Source of the DNA: Myxococcota bacterium
GTDB lineage: Bacteria; Myxococcota_A; UBA9160; JAFDDA01
Direction of reading: 5' to 3'
Assembly: GCA_965228475.1 (NCBI GenBank)
Contig: OZ245817.1
Span: 3,296,001 to 3,360,000 of the forward strand
DNA: 64,000 nt
The notes beneath the pieces were generated by a model that ran no database searches, had not been told where the DNA came from, and saw nothing but the letters and a program-made list of their open reading frames with translations. The position numbers and the translations under genes are program-made. Shown here piece by piece: positions 31,427 through 40,812 of the stretch (position 1 is the stretch's first letter; every line of letters begins with the position of its first letter).

Positions 31427-31440
31427 GAAATATTTTTCCC
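31427..31440 (+). promoter_or_regulatory. Candidate enhancer-binding-protein site (GAAATATTTTTCCC)
   Basis: 13/14 identical to 38501..38514, at a similar distance (~110 nt) upstream of a sigma-54-like site. Confidence 0.5.
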
Positions 31441-31552
31441 TGATTGGGTCCTGCATGAACGTCGCTTGCAGAGCTCTTCGGAGGTCTCGCCCGAGCCCTC
31501 CAAGACACCTCGGATTTTCAGTGACTTACAGACCTCCCCGCGCGGAGGAGCG

Positions 31553-31568
31553 TGGCATGGCGATTGCA
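31553..31568 (+). promoter_or_regulatory. Sigma-54 (-24/-12) promoter
   Basis: TGGCATGGCGATTGCA = GG-N10-GC. IHF-like TTTCAGTGACTTA at 31516..31528. Precedes a PEP-CTERM gene. Confidence 0.8.
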
Positions 31569-31606
31569 AATAGATCGATCAGTCTATTTCATCAAGGAGC
31601 TTCACC

Positions 31607-32350
31607 ATGCGCTCGGCTCTCTCCTTGCGTTCGACCACGGCGCTTGCGGCAGCGACGACCTTCCTTCTGGCAGGTCGGGCCGACGCTCTGACCATCGATT
31701 GGAGTGCACTCCCCGACCAGACCTCCCCCACCACGATCTCCCAGGTCGATCAGGAAACGGGCACGACGGTCACGGCGACGGCGTCTGCCTGGCTGGCGAA
31801 CGGCTCGGTCACGTCGCTCGACCCCAATGATCCCATCGGTTCTGGGTTCACCCCTCTGGGAGTCAACATCGGTGGCGCCAACCCGGGCTCGCCGGGCTCC
31901 TCCACCCACGGTCTCGGCTGCCACGCAACCATCGACACGGAATGCGAAGAGCACCCGGTCTTCGAGGGTGGTGTCGACACCCTGGCGGAGGTCCTGCTGA
32001 TCGAGTTCGACGTGCCGGTCACCGTCGAAGCCTTCATCGGGTCTGCGATGGAGTACCACGATGAGATTGGTGCGCTGAATTGGGATGGAAGCGCGTTCGA
32101 GCTCCTCGGATTCAGCCCCTGCGACCCCTTTGGCGGCCCGTTCTGTTCGGGCGAGGAGTTGATCGGTTCAGGGGCCTATCCCGCGCACGCACCGACTCGC
32201 TTCTTTGCACTCTTTACCGCGACCACGGTTCTTCTCCCGTCGTTCAAGCTGACCCGAATCGAGGGCGTAACCCCCTTCCCGGTGCCCGAACCGTCGCTTG
32301 TTCTGCTGCTCGGGATCGGCCTCCTCGCCATCGCGCACCGGCACGGCTGA
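31607..32350 (+). CDS. PEP-CTERM sorting-domain protein
   Basis: Signal peptide ending ADA, C-terminus VPEPSLVLLLGIGLLAIAHRHG. AAGGAG RBS. Confidence 0.9.
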   Translation: MRSALSLRSTTALAAATTFLLAGRADALTIDWSALPDQTSPTTISQVDQETGTTVTATASAWLANGSVTSLDPNDPIGSGFTPLGVNIGGANPGSPGSSTHGLGCHATIDTECEEHPVFEGGVDTLAEVLLIEFDVPVTVEAFIGSAMEYHDEIGALNWDGSAFELLGFSPCDPFGGPFCSGEELIGSGAYPAHAPTRFFALFTATTVLLPSFKLTRIEGVTPFPVPEPSLVLLLGIGLLAIAHRHG

Positions 32351-32375
32351 CGCCGAGCGGAACGCGCGATGGCGT

Positions 32376-33176
32376 CTAGCCGACCCGGGCGCTCTGCCCC
32401 CCGTCCACCGGCAGCGCGACGCCGGTGATGAAGCCGGCCTCGTCCGAGGCCAGGAAGAGCGCGGCGTTCGCCACGTCCCAGGCGGTGCCCATGCGGGCCC
32501 GCAGCGGGACCATCGCATCGCGTTCGGCGATGAGCTTCGCCTTGTCGACGCCGCGCCCGCGCGAGATGCCCTCGATCGCCATGGGCGTGTTCATGAGGCC
32601 GGGCATGATGACGTTCGCGCGGATGCCGTGCTTCGCGTTTCCGATCGCGAGCGATTGCGTGTAGGCGTTCACGCCGGCCTTCGAGGTCTTGTAGGCGACG
32701 ATCCCCGTCGAGCAGACGGCCGCCACGGAGGAGACGTTGGTGATCACCCCGCTCCGCTGCTCGCGCATGACCGGCAGCACGTGCTTGCACGGAAAGACGA
32801 CGCTCTTCAGGTTCACGGCGAGGATGCGATCCCAGACCTCCTCGGCGATGTGGGCCGGGCCCGCGTCCGCGCCGCCGATGCCGACGTTGTTGTGCAACAC
32901 GTCGATCCGGCCGTGGCTCTCGGCCACGCGCGCAGCGAGCTCCCGGCAGTCCTCTTCGCGGGTGGCGTCGGCCTCGAGGGCGTCGGCGAACCCGCCCTCC
33001 TCGCGGATCATGCCCGCCGTCTCCTCGGCGGAGGCCAGATCGCGGTCCACGGCGACGACCTTCGCGCCCTCGCGGGCGAACAGCACGGCCGTGGCGCGCC
33101 CGTTGCCGATCGTGTCGCCCGGGGTCTGCCCCGCCCCAACGACGATCGCCACCTTCCCGGCGAGGCGTCCGCTCAC
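32376..33176 (-). CDS. SDR-family oxidoreductase
   Basis: RLAGKVAIVVGAG...IGNGRA, HNNVG, NVSS, YKTSK (YxxxK), IRAN.I.PG, LFLASDEA.FITG..LPVDGG. Confidence 0.93.
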   Translation of the reverse strand: MSGRLAGKVAIVVGAGQTPGDTIGNGRATAVLFAREGAKVVAVDRDLASAEETAGMIREEGGFADALEADATREEDCRELAARVAESHGRIDVLHNNVGIGGADAGPAHIAEEVWDRILAVNLKSVVFPCKHVLPVMREQRSGVITNVSSVAAVCSTGIVAYKTSKAGVNAYTQSLAIGNAKHGIRANVIMPGLMNTPMAIEGISRGRGVDKAKLIAERDAMVPLRARMGTAWDVANAALFLASDEAGFITGVALPVDGGQSARVG

Positions 33177-33346
33177 GCGGCCCACAGGCGTTTCATGGAC
33201 GAGAAGCCCCCTTTCGGGGCCACGATACACGAGGCGCTGCGGCATCGAGCGCCCGGAAAACCCGGCACAGCCAACCTCTCCACGAGAGTATGATGGTCTC
33301 GTCATGGCGCCTGGGCGCATGCCCGTGGCACGACGCGAGAACCACC

Positions 33347-34333
33347 ATGCCCCGTCCCTCCCCGGCCACCCTCGACCTGGTGATCCCGATCTACGACGAA
33401 GAGCGGGTGCTCCCGACCCTCCTCTCGCGGCTCGACGAGGTGTTCTCCCCCGCCGCCCTCGCGGACCACGGGATCTCGCGCGTGCGCTACCGCTTCGTCG
33501 ACGACGGCAGCCGGGACGCCTCGGCCGCCGTGATCTGTGACCACAAGGCTCCGCCGGGACGGATCGTGCTCTACCGGCTCTCCCGGAACTTCGGGCACCC
33601 CAACGCCGTCTCCGCCGGGCTCGACCACGCCGATGCCGACGCCGTCGCCGTCCTCGACGCGGACCTCCAGGACCCGCCCGAACTCGTGCTCGAGATGCTC
33701 GAGCGCTGGCGCGAAGGCGTCGACGTCGTCTTCGCCCAGCGGCGCAAGCGCAAGGAGAACGTCCTCAAGCGCGCCGGCTATTGGGCCTTCTACCGCATCG
33801 TCTCCTTCCTCTCGGACCTCGACGTCCCCCTCGACAGCGGCGACTTCTGCCTGATGGACCGGCGCGTGGTCACCGCGCTGCGCGAACTTCCCGAGCGGCT
33901 GCGTTTTCCGCGCATCCTGCGCAGCTGGGTCGGCTTCCGGCAGGCGGGCGTCGAGTACGACCGCCCGGAGCGGGCCGCCGGGAAGACGAAGTACGGCATC
34001 GCGCGCCTCTACCAGCTCGCGACCGACGGCATCGCTTCCTCGAGCATCCGGCTGCTGCGCGTCGCCCAGCTCTTCAGCTTCACCTTCGCCGCCATCACCG
34101 CGCTCCTGTGCGGGTTCCTCCTCTACGAGGTCGGCACCTACGGGGGCGATCGCGAGGGGCTCGTGGTGCTCGGCGGGCTCATCCTCGTCGCGGGCGGGAA
34201 CTTCGTCATCACCACGTGTCTCTACATCCTGGGCGCCTACGTCGGGCGAACCTACCTCGAGGTGAAGGGACGGCCGCCGTATCTCGTCATGGAGGTCGTG
34301 GACCCCGGCGAGCGCAGGGAGTCCACGCGATGA
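33347..34333 (+). CDS. GT2 polyprenyl-phosphate glycosyltransferase (GtrB-like)
   Basis: VIPIYDEE, FVDDGSRD, LSRNFGH, LDADLQDPP, GDFCLMDRRVV, WVGFRQ, two TM helices, G.YVGRTY.EVK.RP.Y. Confidence 0.93.
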   Translation: MPRPSPATLDLVIPIYDEERVLPTLLSRLDEVFSPAALADHGISRVRYRFVDDGSRDASAAVICDHKAPPGRIVLYRLSRNFGHPNAVSAGLDHADADAVAVLDADLQDPPELVLEMLERWREGVDVVFAQRRKRKENVLKRAGYWAFYRIVSFLSDLDVPLDSGDFCLMDRRVVTALRELPERLRFPRILRSWVGFRQAGVEYDRPERAAGKTKYGIARLYQLATDGIASSSIRLLRVAQLFSFTFAAITALLCGFLLYEVGTYGGDREGLVVLGGLILVAGGNFVITTCLYILGAYVGRTYLEVKGRPPYLVMEVVDPGERRESTR

Positions 34334-35139
34334 CCCTGCCCGGCCTGCGCGACGTTTCGGCGGAGGTCGAGATGATCTCGACGCCGCGTGCCGACACGTT
34401 CGAGGAATCGAGCGAGTGGTACGGCTACGCGAGCCACGAGCATTTCTGGTTCCAGTGGCGTTTCCGGGCCATACAGGCGCTGATCGCCGACGTGGGCGTG
34501 CCGAGGGACCGGCCGGCCCGCGCCCTCGACATCGGCTGCGGTACCGGCATCGTGCGGGCGCAGTTCGAAGCGGCGACCCGCTGGGACGTCGACGGCGTGG
34601 ACCTGAACCTGCCGGCCCTGCGTTCGGCGGCGCCGGGGCGCGGCAGCATCCGCTACTACGACGTCGAGGAGCGGCACGCCTCCTTCGAAGCGGCCTACGA
34701 CGTCGTCACGCTCTGCGACGTGATCGAACACATCGCCGACACGAAGCGCTTCCTCGAAGCCGCGCTCTGGCACCTCGCGCCGGGCGGATGGCTGATCGTG
34801 AACGTCCCCGCGCTCCCGGCCCTCCACAGCCGCTACGACGACGCCGCCGGACACCTCCGCCGGTACACGAGAGCCTCGCTCGCGGCGGAGCTCGAAGGGC
34901 TCCCCGCGGACGTCCGCGAGACCCGCTACTGGGGCCTCTCCATGGTGCCGCTCCTGCTGGCGCGAAAGCTCTGGGTCGGACGCAACGCTTCGGCGGATTC
35001 GGTCCTGCGCGAGGGGTTCGAACCGCCCGGTGACGCCGTCCACGCGATCCTTCGCGCGATGATGCGCACCGAGACGCGGCTCCTCGCAAGACCGCCGCTC
35101 GGCAGCTCCGTGTTGCTCGCGGCCCGCCGCAACGCCTAG
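34330..35139 (+). CDS. Class I SAM-dependent methyltransferase
   Basis: HFWF.WR, LDIGCGTG, DVIEHI.D, VPA.P.L.S.YD..AGH.RRY. ATGA overlap with the GT2 gene. Confidence 0.92.
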   Translation: MTLPGLRDVSAEVEMISTPRADTFEESSEWYGYASHEHFWFQWRFRAIQALIADVGVPRDRPARALDIGCGTGIVRAQFEAATRWDVDGVDLNLPALRSAAPGRGSIRYYDVEERHASFEAAYDVVTLCDVIEHIADTKRFLEAALWHLAPGGWLIVNVPALPALHSRYDDAAGHLRRYTRASLAAELEGLPADVRETRYWGLSMVPLLLARKLWVGRNASADSVLREGFEPPGDAVHAILRAMMRTETRLLARPPLGSSVLLAARRNA

Positions 35140-35143
35140 GCCC

Positions 35144-36676
35144 TTGAGGCGCTCTGCCGACACGTGGGTTCCCCTCGCCCTCGGCGTGCTGGCGGTCGCC
35201 GTCTGGGCACCGCTCGTCCCCGTCGGCTTCGGCATCGCGGACGAAGGCTGGCTGCTCTCGGCGATCGATCGGCTCGTCGACGGCCAGCGCCTCTACGCGG
35301 ACGTCTACCGGAGCTACGGCCCGGGCCTCTACTGGACGTTCGAAGGCCTCTTCCGGGTCTTCGAAACGAGCACGCTCTCGGTTCGCTGGGTCTGGCTCGG
35401 TGGGCTCGTCCTGCTGAGTGCCGGCAGCTTCTGGCTGGCGCGGCCGTGGCTCCCGCTGTGGGCGGCCGCCGCCGTCGGACTCGTCCCGATCTTCCTGCGC
35501 CCGCCGGCCCACAAGACCTTCGTGCCGCTGGCCTACCTCGGCGTGCTCTGGCTCTGCCGGGGAGTCGCGGAGCGCCACGGTCGCCCGCTTCGGTTCGTCA
35601 CCCTGCTGGCACTCGGGGCCGGCTTCGGCTTGCTCGCCCTCTTTCGCCAGGAGGCGAGCGCCTTCGGCATGCTCATCGCCTGGGGCACGGCCGCGTCGAA
35701 CCCGGTTCGGGAGGGCCGGAGCGCACTCGGCCACACGCTGTGGGCGGCGTGGAGCCTCGGCCTGGGCGCAGCCCTCGTCTGGCTCCCGGTGCTCGGCGTG
35801 TTCGCCGCGACGGGCGCGCTCTTCGATGCGGCCGAGCAGCTCGTCTTCGCCGGAGCGCGCGGCAACGCGGCGATGTCGATCCCCTTCCCCGAATGGAGTC
35901 GCGTCCTCACCGGGCCCGAGCGGCTCCGGACGTCCCTCTTCTTCCTTCCCGGGATCGTGGCAGCGCTCGGCTTTCTCGTTTCGTGGCGATGGCTGCGCTC
36001 GCCGGAGCGGCGGACGGCGGGCCTGATCCTCGCCCAGTGCTCGGCGATGGCGGTGCTGGCCTACGGGATCTTCGCGTCGCGCTCAGATTTCCCGCATCTC
36101 CTCCAGGCGCTCGTCCCGGCGGCGCTCGTCTGGGCCGCCTGCGTTGCGGAGGGGTTCCGGGCCACTCCCGCATCGCGCGTCCTGGCCGCGGGCCTCGCGC
36201 TCTGGCTGATCGCCGGCACGGCCCTGCTCTCGAACGTTCCGGACTACTACGCGCGGCGGGCGCGGGCCGTGCCGATGCCGGTTCCCGGGGGCGAGGTGCT
36301 CGTCAGCCCGGAAGAGGCCCGGGTGCTCGGAGAGCTCGTCGCGGCAGTCCACCGGGAGGTTCCCCCCGGCCAGCCGATCCTCGCCCTCCCCTACATCCCC
36401 GGCCTCTACCACCTGGCCGATCGCCCCAACGCGAGCCGGCACGACGCCGTCCTGCCGGGCTACGCCACCGAGGCGATCCAGAGCGAGGTCATCGAAGCCG
36501 TCGACCGCGACCGGGTGCCGCTACTGGTCATCTACGCCCGCGCCATGGACGGCCGCCACCAACGGACCCTGGGGAAATCCGCGCCCACCCTGACGGCCCA
36601 CCTCCGCCGCCGCTACGAACCGATCGAACGCATCGGCGGCTTCCGGCTGCTGCGCTGGAGAGAGCCGACCCGCTAG
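35144..36676 (+). CDS. Polytopic membrane protein, probable GT-C (ArnT/PMT-like) glycosyltransferase
   Basis: DEG after TM1, G..LY.D...YGP, FRQ motif, about 10 TM segments, C-terminal soluble domain. Confidence 0.72.
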   Translation: MRRSADTWVPLALGVLAVAVWAPLVPVGFGIADEGWLLSAIDRLVDGQRLYADVYRSYGPGLYWTFEGLFRVFETSTLSVRWVWLGGLVLLSAGSFWLARPWLPLWAAAAVGLVPIFLRPPAHKTFVPLAYLGVLWLCRGVAERHGRPLRFVTLLALGAGFGLLALFRQEASAFGMLIAWGTAASNPVREGRSALGHTLWAAWSLGLGAALVWLPVLGVFAATGALFDAAEQLVFAGARGNAAMSIPFPEWSRVLTGPERLRTSLFFLPGIVAALGFLVSWRWLRSPERRTAGLILAQCSAMAVLAYGIFASRSDFPHLLQALVPAALVWAACVAEGFRATPASRVLAAGLALWLIAGTALLSNVPDYYARRARAVPMPVPGGEVLVSPEEARVLGELVAAVHREVPPGQPILALPYIPGLYHLADRPNASRHDAVLPGYATEAIQSEVIEAVDRDRVPLLVIYARAMDGRHQRTLGKSAPTLTAHLRRRYEPIERIGGFRLLRWREPTR

Positions 36677-37530
36677 AGCGCCGCGGCCACGCGCCGGCGG
36701 TGCACCACCCACGCCGCAAGCACCACGACCCCGAACGTCGCCACGCCGGGCTCGGGGAGGACCGACGCGTAGAACGCTCCGTAGAGCGCGTCGGCGTAGA
36801 CGTCGTAGCCCGCCGGGGTCAGGTGGATCGAATCGGCGAAGGCGGCGTCGGGCCCCGAGAGGGTCGCGTCGGGGAGGCTCGGGTCGCCCGGCGCGATTCC
36901 GAGCTGGGGAATCCCGAAGGCGACCTGCATGAGACCGTGCGTGTCGACGACCGTGACGCGGCTCGCGAGAAGCGGATCCGCAGCCACGTTCTGGGCGACC
37001 CCGTCGAGGAAGAGGTCGATCAGCAGGTTGGCCAGGGCCGGCGTGGACCCGGCGGGCGGGTTGGGAACGTAGTCGTAGCCCGAAAAGAGGATCTCGGCCG
37101 AACTCGAGGATGCGATCTGGGTGAGAACGGAGGTCGTGGCGCTCACGGTCTGCGAGATCACCGTGATGGGGTTCCCGCCACCAAGAACTCCACCGATCAG
37201 GTCGTTGCCTCCCACGATGAGATGCGCGACCACGGCATCGGGATGGGCAGCGAACAGGCCCGCGACGTCGTAGGTTCCCCCGCTCCACTGCGCCGCGGTA
37301 CTCCCCCCGACGCTGGCGTTGGTGACGCCGAGCGCGCCGTGACCGTTCGCGGCGAGGGTCGACTCGATCGACGGGCCGGCCAACACGCCCCAGCTGTCGC
37401 CGAGCAGCACGATGGGGGAGGCCTGGGCCGGCCCGGCCAGCAGCAGGAAGCCCACCAACAGGATCGTTGCGGAGTCCGCGCCTCGCAGCGCCTCCCGGCA
37501 TCGTCCTTCGCTTCGTCGCAGGTGGCCCAC
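36673..37530 (-). CDS. SGNH/GDSL hydrolase with PEP-CTERM tail
   Basis: Signal-like segment ending AQA, LLGDSW, NASVGGST, GGND, DSIHLT. Ends LPEPGVATFGVVVLAAWVVHRRR. Start uncertain. Confidence 0.85.
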   Translation of the reverse strand: MGHLRRSEGRCREALRGADSATILLVGFLLLAGPAQASPIVLLGDSWGVLAGPSIESTLAANGHGALGVTNASVGGSTAAQWSGGTYDVAGLFAAHPDAVVAHLIVGGNDLIGGVLGGGNPITVISQTVSATTSVLTQIASSSSAEILFSGYDYVPNPPAGSTPALANLLIDLFLDGVAQNVAADPLLASRVTVVDTHGLMQVAFGIPQLGIAPGDPSLPDATLSGPDAAFADSIHLTPAGYDVYADALYGAFYASVLPEPGVATFGVVVLAAWVVHRRRVAAAL

Positions 37531-37649
37531 TCCGTCCCCTTCCCCTGGTTCGCAGTCAGCATCCCATGGCGGTGGGCAGCTCGTCTACCTCGGGGAGGGG
37601 GAAAGCGCCGGCCGCGCGGATCGGTCTCCGAGCGGCCGACGCGTGTGGA

Positions 37650-38381
37650 CTAGTTCCTGCGGCCGCGCGGCCAGAGACTCCAGGCGAGGCCCAGGGCGAT
37701 CCACCCGATCGGCCTCGGCTCCGGGACGGTGAGACTCGCCGACCACATCCCCGACGCGGACTCCGCCGGGCTTCCCGACGCCGTCGCAGAGGCCAGGACC
37801 GACCAGTGGTACTCCCCGGCCGCGAGCGTTCCCGTGCCGGGCCCGGCCGCTTCGTTGCAGCTGGCATCGAACTCGTAGAGCACCGCGCCGACCGCATCGG
37901 ACAGCGTCGCCCGAAGATCGGCCGCACCCCCGGCGCACGTCGCCGAGAGCGCCGCGCTCGCCACGAAGGAAGTCGCCTCGTCGACGAGGAACGTCACCTC
38001 GAACGTCGAGCTGCCGTCTCCCGATCCGTTGTCTCCGGAGGCGCTCAGCGCGCCGGAGGCGTCGAACCCGTCGATCCGCAGGCTCGACTCCTGGCTCGAT
38101 CCGCCGCTGGCGAAGGCCGGCGGGGGACAGCCAGGGTCGTCGGGCGGACAGCCCGGGTCGTCCGTAGCGCCGAAACCTGCCGTGCCGAGCCAGGGGTCGG
38201 AGTCGTTCGCCGGGTCGAAGGCGTCCGAGTCCGAGCCGCCGATGCTCCCGGCGAAGGCGCCCGCCTGTACCTCGCGGGTCTGGTCGACGATGGTCAGCGC
38301 GGCCGCCGAACCGGCCGTCCCAAGACAGAATCCGAACACCGCGGCCCACAGTCCGAGGGCCCTCTTCTCAACCAACATCAC
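37650..38381 (-). CDS. PEP-CTERM-like secreted protein (Ser/Gly/Ala-rich)
   Basis: Signal peptide, DDPGCPP repeated twice, ends VPEPRPIGWIALGLAWSLWPRGRRN. GAGGAGG RBS. Confidence 0.82.
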   Translation of the reverse strand: MMLVEKRALGLWAAVFGFCLGTAGSAAALTIVDQTREVQAGAFAGSIGGSDSDAFDPANDSDPWLGTAGFGATDDPGCPPDDPGCPPPAFASGGSSQESSLRIDGFDASGALSASGDNGSGDGSSTFEVTFLVDEATSFVASAALSATCAGGAADLRATLSDAVGAVLYEFDASCNEAAGPGTGTLAAGEYHWSVLASATASGSPAESASGMWSASLTVPEPRPIGWIALGLAWSLWPRGRRN

Positions 38382-38413
38382 TGGATCCTCCTCAGTAGAT
38401 CACTGAGAGGCAG

Positions 38414-38429
38414 AGCAATTTATATACCG
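38414..38429 (-). promoter_or_regulatory. Sigma-54 (-24/-12) promoter
   Basis: Minus-strand CGGTATATAAATTGCT = GG-N10-GC, about 33 nt upstream of the PEP-CTERM gene 37650..38381. Confidence 0.65.
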
Positions 38430-38500
38430 ATTTGGACGATCGAATTGGCATAGAGATAGGGCGGTCCGGATTCGCCAGATGCCGATAAAGTCATTCAAAA

Positions 38501-38514
38501 GAAATACTTTTCCC
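38501..38514 (+). promoter_or_regulatory. Candidate enhancer-binding-protein site (GAAATACTTTTCCC)
   Basis: 13/14 identical to 31427..31440. Lies in the AT-rich divergent intergenic region. Confidence 0.5.
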
Positions 38515-38622
38515 AATTTGTGGAATCAGAAGTCTCGTTTCCCACGGGCAAAAATGAGTCCGCTTGACCAGTTTTTTATACAACTATTTGATCTATCGAA
38601 CGCATCTGACAAACCGGCCGTT

Positions 38623-38638
38623 CGGCACGGGTCTTGAA
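38623..38638 (+). promoter_or_regulatory. Sigma-54-like promoter (variant -12)
   Basis: CGGCACGGGTCTTGAA = GGCACG-N4-TTGA. IHF-like ATACAACTATTTG at 38578..38590. Confidence 0.55.
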
Positions 38639-38681
38639 AGAACTCCGGAACGCCGCCCCGCGCCGGGGCGTGGAGGAAGCG

Positions 38682-40769
38682 ATGCCCGTCCGACCCGTTC
38701 GCCGTTCCGTTCTGTGCCTTTCCCTCTTGCTCGGCTTCACCCTCGCGCCCACGTGCGGGCCCGCGCCGACCCCCACGATCCGGATCGTCACGCCCGAGAC
38801 CGGCGACGTGGTCTTCTCGTCCCTGCCCTCCGTGGGCGGGCCCGGTGTTCGCGTCGAGGTGGAGGTCGAGAACGCGCTCGGCCGGATCTTCGTCTTCGTG
38901 AACGGCCAGGCCGCCTCGCGCATCGGCTTCACGAACCGCTACGAGCTCGACCTCGCCCTCGACGCAGACCAGCGCTTCCAGCCCATCCTCGCGGAGATCC
39001 AGGTCGGCACTTCGACCGTGGCCGTGGATCGGGTGGTCGCCCTCTGGGGCTTCGAAAGCGACGAGAACGATCCGGTTCCCGACGCCATCGCCCTGCGCAT
39101 GAACGACGAGGACTCGGTCCTCGACCACGTGGAGCCGTCGCTGACGGACGCGGTCCAGGCCGCCGTCGACCTCGAGGCGCTCGTCGAGGACCTGCTCGGC
39201 CAGCTCGAGTTCCTCCAGCCGGGCTTCTCCCTGCCCTTCGGCATCCGCATCGGCGACGCCGGCGGCACGGTCGCCGCGACCATCCCGCCCTACGAAGTCC
39301 GCATCAACGCGCAGAACACGCCCGCGGCGTCGCCCGGCGGCACGCTCGGCCTGACCGTCGATGCCGACGACGTGGCACTCCGGCTCGAGCTCCCGCTCGA
39401 GGGCTTCGTGATCAACAACGGGACGTGCGTGATCCTCGTCGGCTTCGACGCGTCGCTGCACGTGGATCTGGATCTCGAGCCCGGCGCGGACCCCCACGGC
39501 CTCGGCTTCGAGCAGATCGGCCCGGTCGACTTCGACCTCGACGGCTTCTCGGCCTCCCTCGGCTCGGGCGGCGACTGCCCCGACGTGGTCGTGAACAACT
39601 TCCAGTCCTTCCTCGACGGCTCGGGCTTCTCCGACGTCCAGGACGAGATCGCGGGGGCCTTCAACGACCTGCTCGGCGGAAGCGGCGTCTCCATCGCCTC
39701 CCTGCTCGAGGAAGGCTTCAACGAGAGCGAACTCGACCTCTCGGGCGTGATCGGCTCCTCGCTCTCGGGCTCGCTCGACCTGACCTACGGCTCGATCCCC
39801 GAAGACGACGACGGCGTCACCGCCTTCCTCGATGCGCTGATCGGCGTGCCGACGCCCGCCGGCCCGACGCCCTTCTGCCCGAGCACGATCTGCCCGCGGC
39901 CGGACTTCGACTCCGTCTACCTCGGCAACGGCCCGCTCACGCTGCCCGACTTCGCCAACGACGGGCAGATGACGCCCCCGGTCGGACTCATCGGGTTCCC
40001 GGGCTATCAGCCGCCGCAGCCCTACGACCTGGCGGTCTCGTTCAGCAACCGCGTCATCAACAAGATGCTGCTCGACATGATCGAGCAGGGACTGCTCTCG
40101 GCGACGATCACCGAGGTCCCGGACCCGTTCTCGGCCGGGACGATCCCGCTCAGACTCGACGTCCTCGACCTCTATTTCCTGATCGAGACGGGCGCCACCT
40201 ACCTGGGCCCGATCGCCGCCGAGATGCCCGACGGCTCGGCCACCCCGGTGCGCATCACCGTGGCGCCCGAGATCCCGGCGCTCGTCGTGCCCACCGAACC
40301 GGGCGGGGTCCTGATCCCGGACGGCGTGCCGCGGCGCGAAGTGCAGATGGCCCAGCTCGCGCTCCGCGTGCAGATGGAAACGTCCGCCGGCTGGAAGACC
40401 CTCATCAAGGGCTACGTCGACCTGAGCGCGGACCTCTCGATCGGGCTCGGTGGAAGCGGCCTTTCGGCCGGCCTCGGAACGCCCGCGATCGAGGAGTTCG
40501 TCCTCGTCTACAACCTGCCGGACGTGCCCCCGACCGTGCTGCGCTCCTTCCTCGAGGACAACTTCGCGGCGATCGCCGGCGCGGTGGACGTGGCCTCGGG
40601 CGAGATCGCGAGCCTGCCGCTGCCGGCCTGCGTGCTCGGGCTCCAGCTCGAACCGCTCCTGCTGCGCGAGCACGGCGGGGACTTCTTCACCGTCTACGCC
40701 TCCCTCGAGGAGGTCCAGAACGAAGTCCTGGCCTGCGGCGACCCGATCTTCACCCCGCTTCTGCCCTGA
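38682..40769 (+). CDS. Large acidic exported hypothetical protein (possible lipoprotein)
   Basis: GGAGG RBS, signal peptide with Cys (TLAPTC), Ig-like N-terminal stretch, long amphipathic beta/alpha pattern. Confidence 0.78.
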   Translation: MPVRPVRRSVLCLSLLLGFTLAPTCGPAPTPTIRIVTPETGDVVFSSLPSVGGPGVRVEVEVENALGRIFVFVNGQAASRIGFTNRYELDLALDADQRFQPILAEIQVGTSTVAVDRVVALWGFESDENDPVPDAIALRMNDEDSVLDHVEPSLTDAVQAAVDLEALVEDLLGQLEFLQPGFSLPFGIRIGDAGGTVAATIPPYEVRINAQNTPAASPGGTLGLTVDADDVALRLELPLEGFVINNGTCVILVGFDASLHVDLDLEPGADPHGLGFEQIGPVDFDLDGFSASLGSGGDCPDVVVNNFQSFLDGSGFSDVQDEIAGAFNDLLGGSGVSIASLLEEGFNESELDLSGVIGSSLSGSLDLTYGSIPEDDDGVTAFLDALIGVPTPAGPTPFCPSTICPRPDFDSVYLGNGPLTLPDFANDGQMTPPVGLIGFPGYQPPQPYDLAVSFSNRVINKMLLDMIEQGLLSATITEVPDPFSAGTIPLRLDVLDLYFLIETGATYLGPIAAEMPDGSATPVRITVAPEIPALVVPTEPGGVLIPDGVPRREVQMAQLALRVQMETSAGWKTLIKGYVDLSADLSIGLGGSGLSAGLGTPAIEEFVLVYNLPDVPPTVLRSFLEDNFAAIAGAVDVASGEIASLPLPACVLGLQLEPLLLREHGGDFFTVYASLEEVQNEVLACGDPIFTPLLP

Positions 40770-40812
40770 CCCGCGTCGGAACGCATTCGGAAACCTGGAA
40801 AGGAACGTTGTC

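Noticed and set aside
38445..38460. Sigma-54 site TTGGCATAGAGATAGG
   Set aside because: The -12 position reads AGG rather than TGC, and it is far from the next plus-strand start.
40777..40792. Internal sigma-54 promoter CGGAACGCATTCGGAA before the double PEP gene
   Set aside because: Poor match at both elements. Co-transcription with the upstream gene is simpler.
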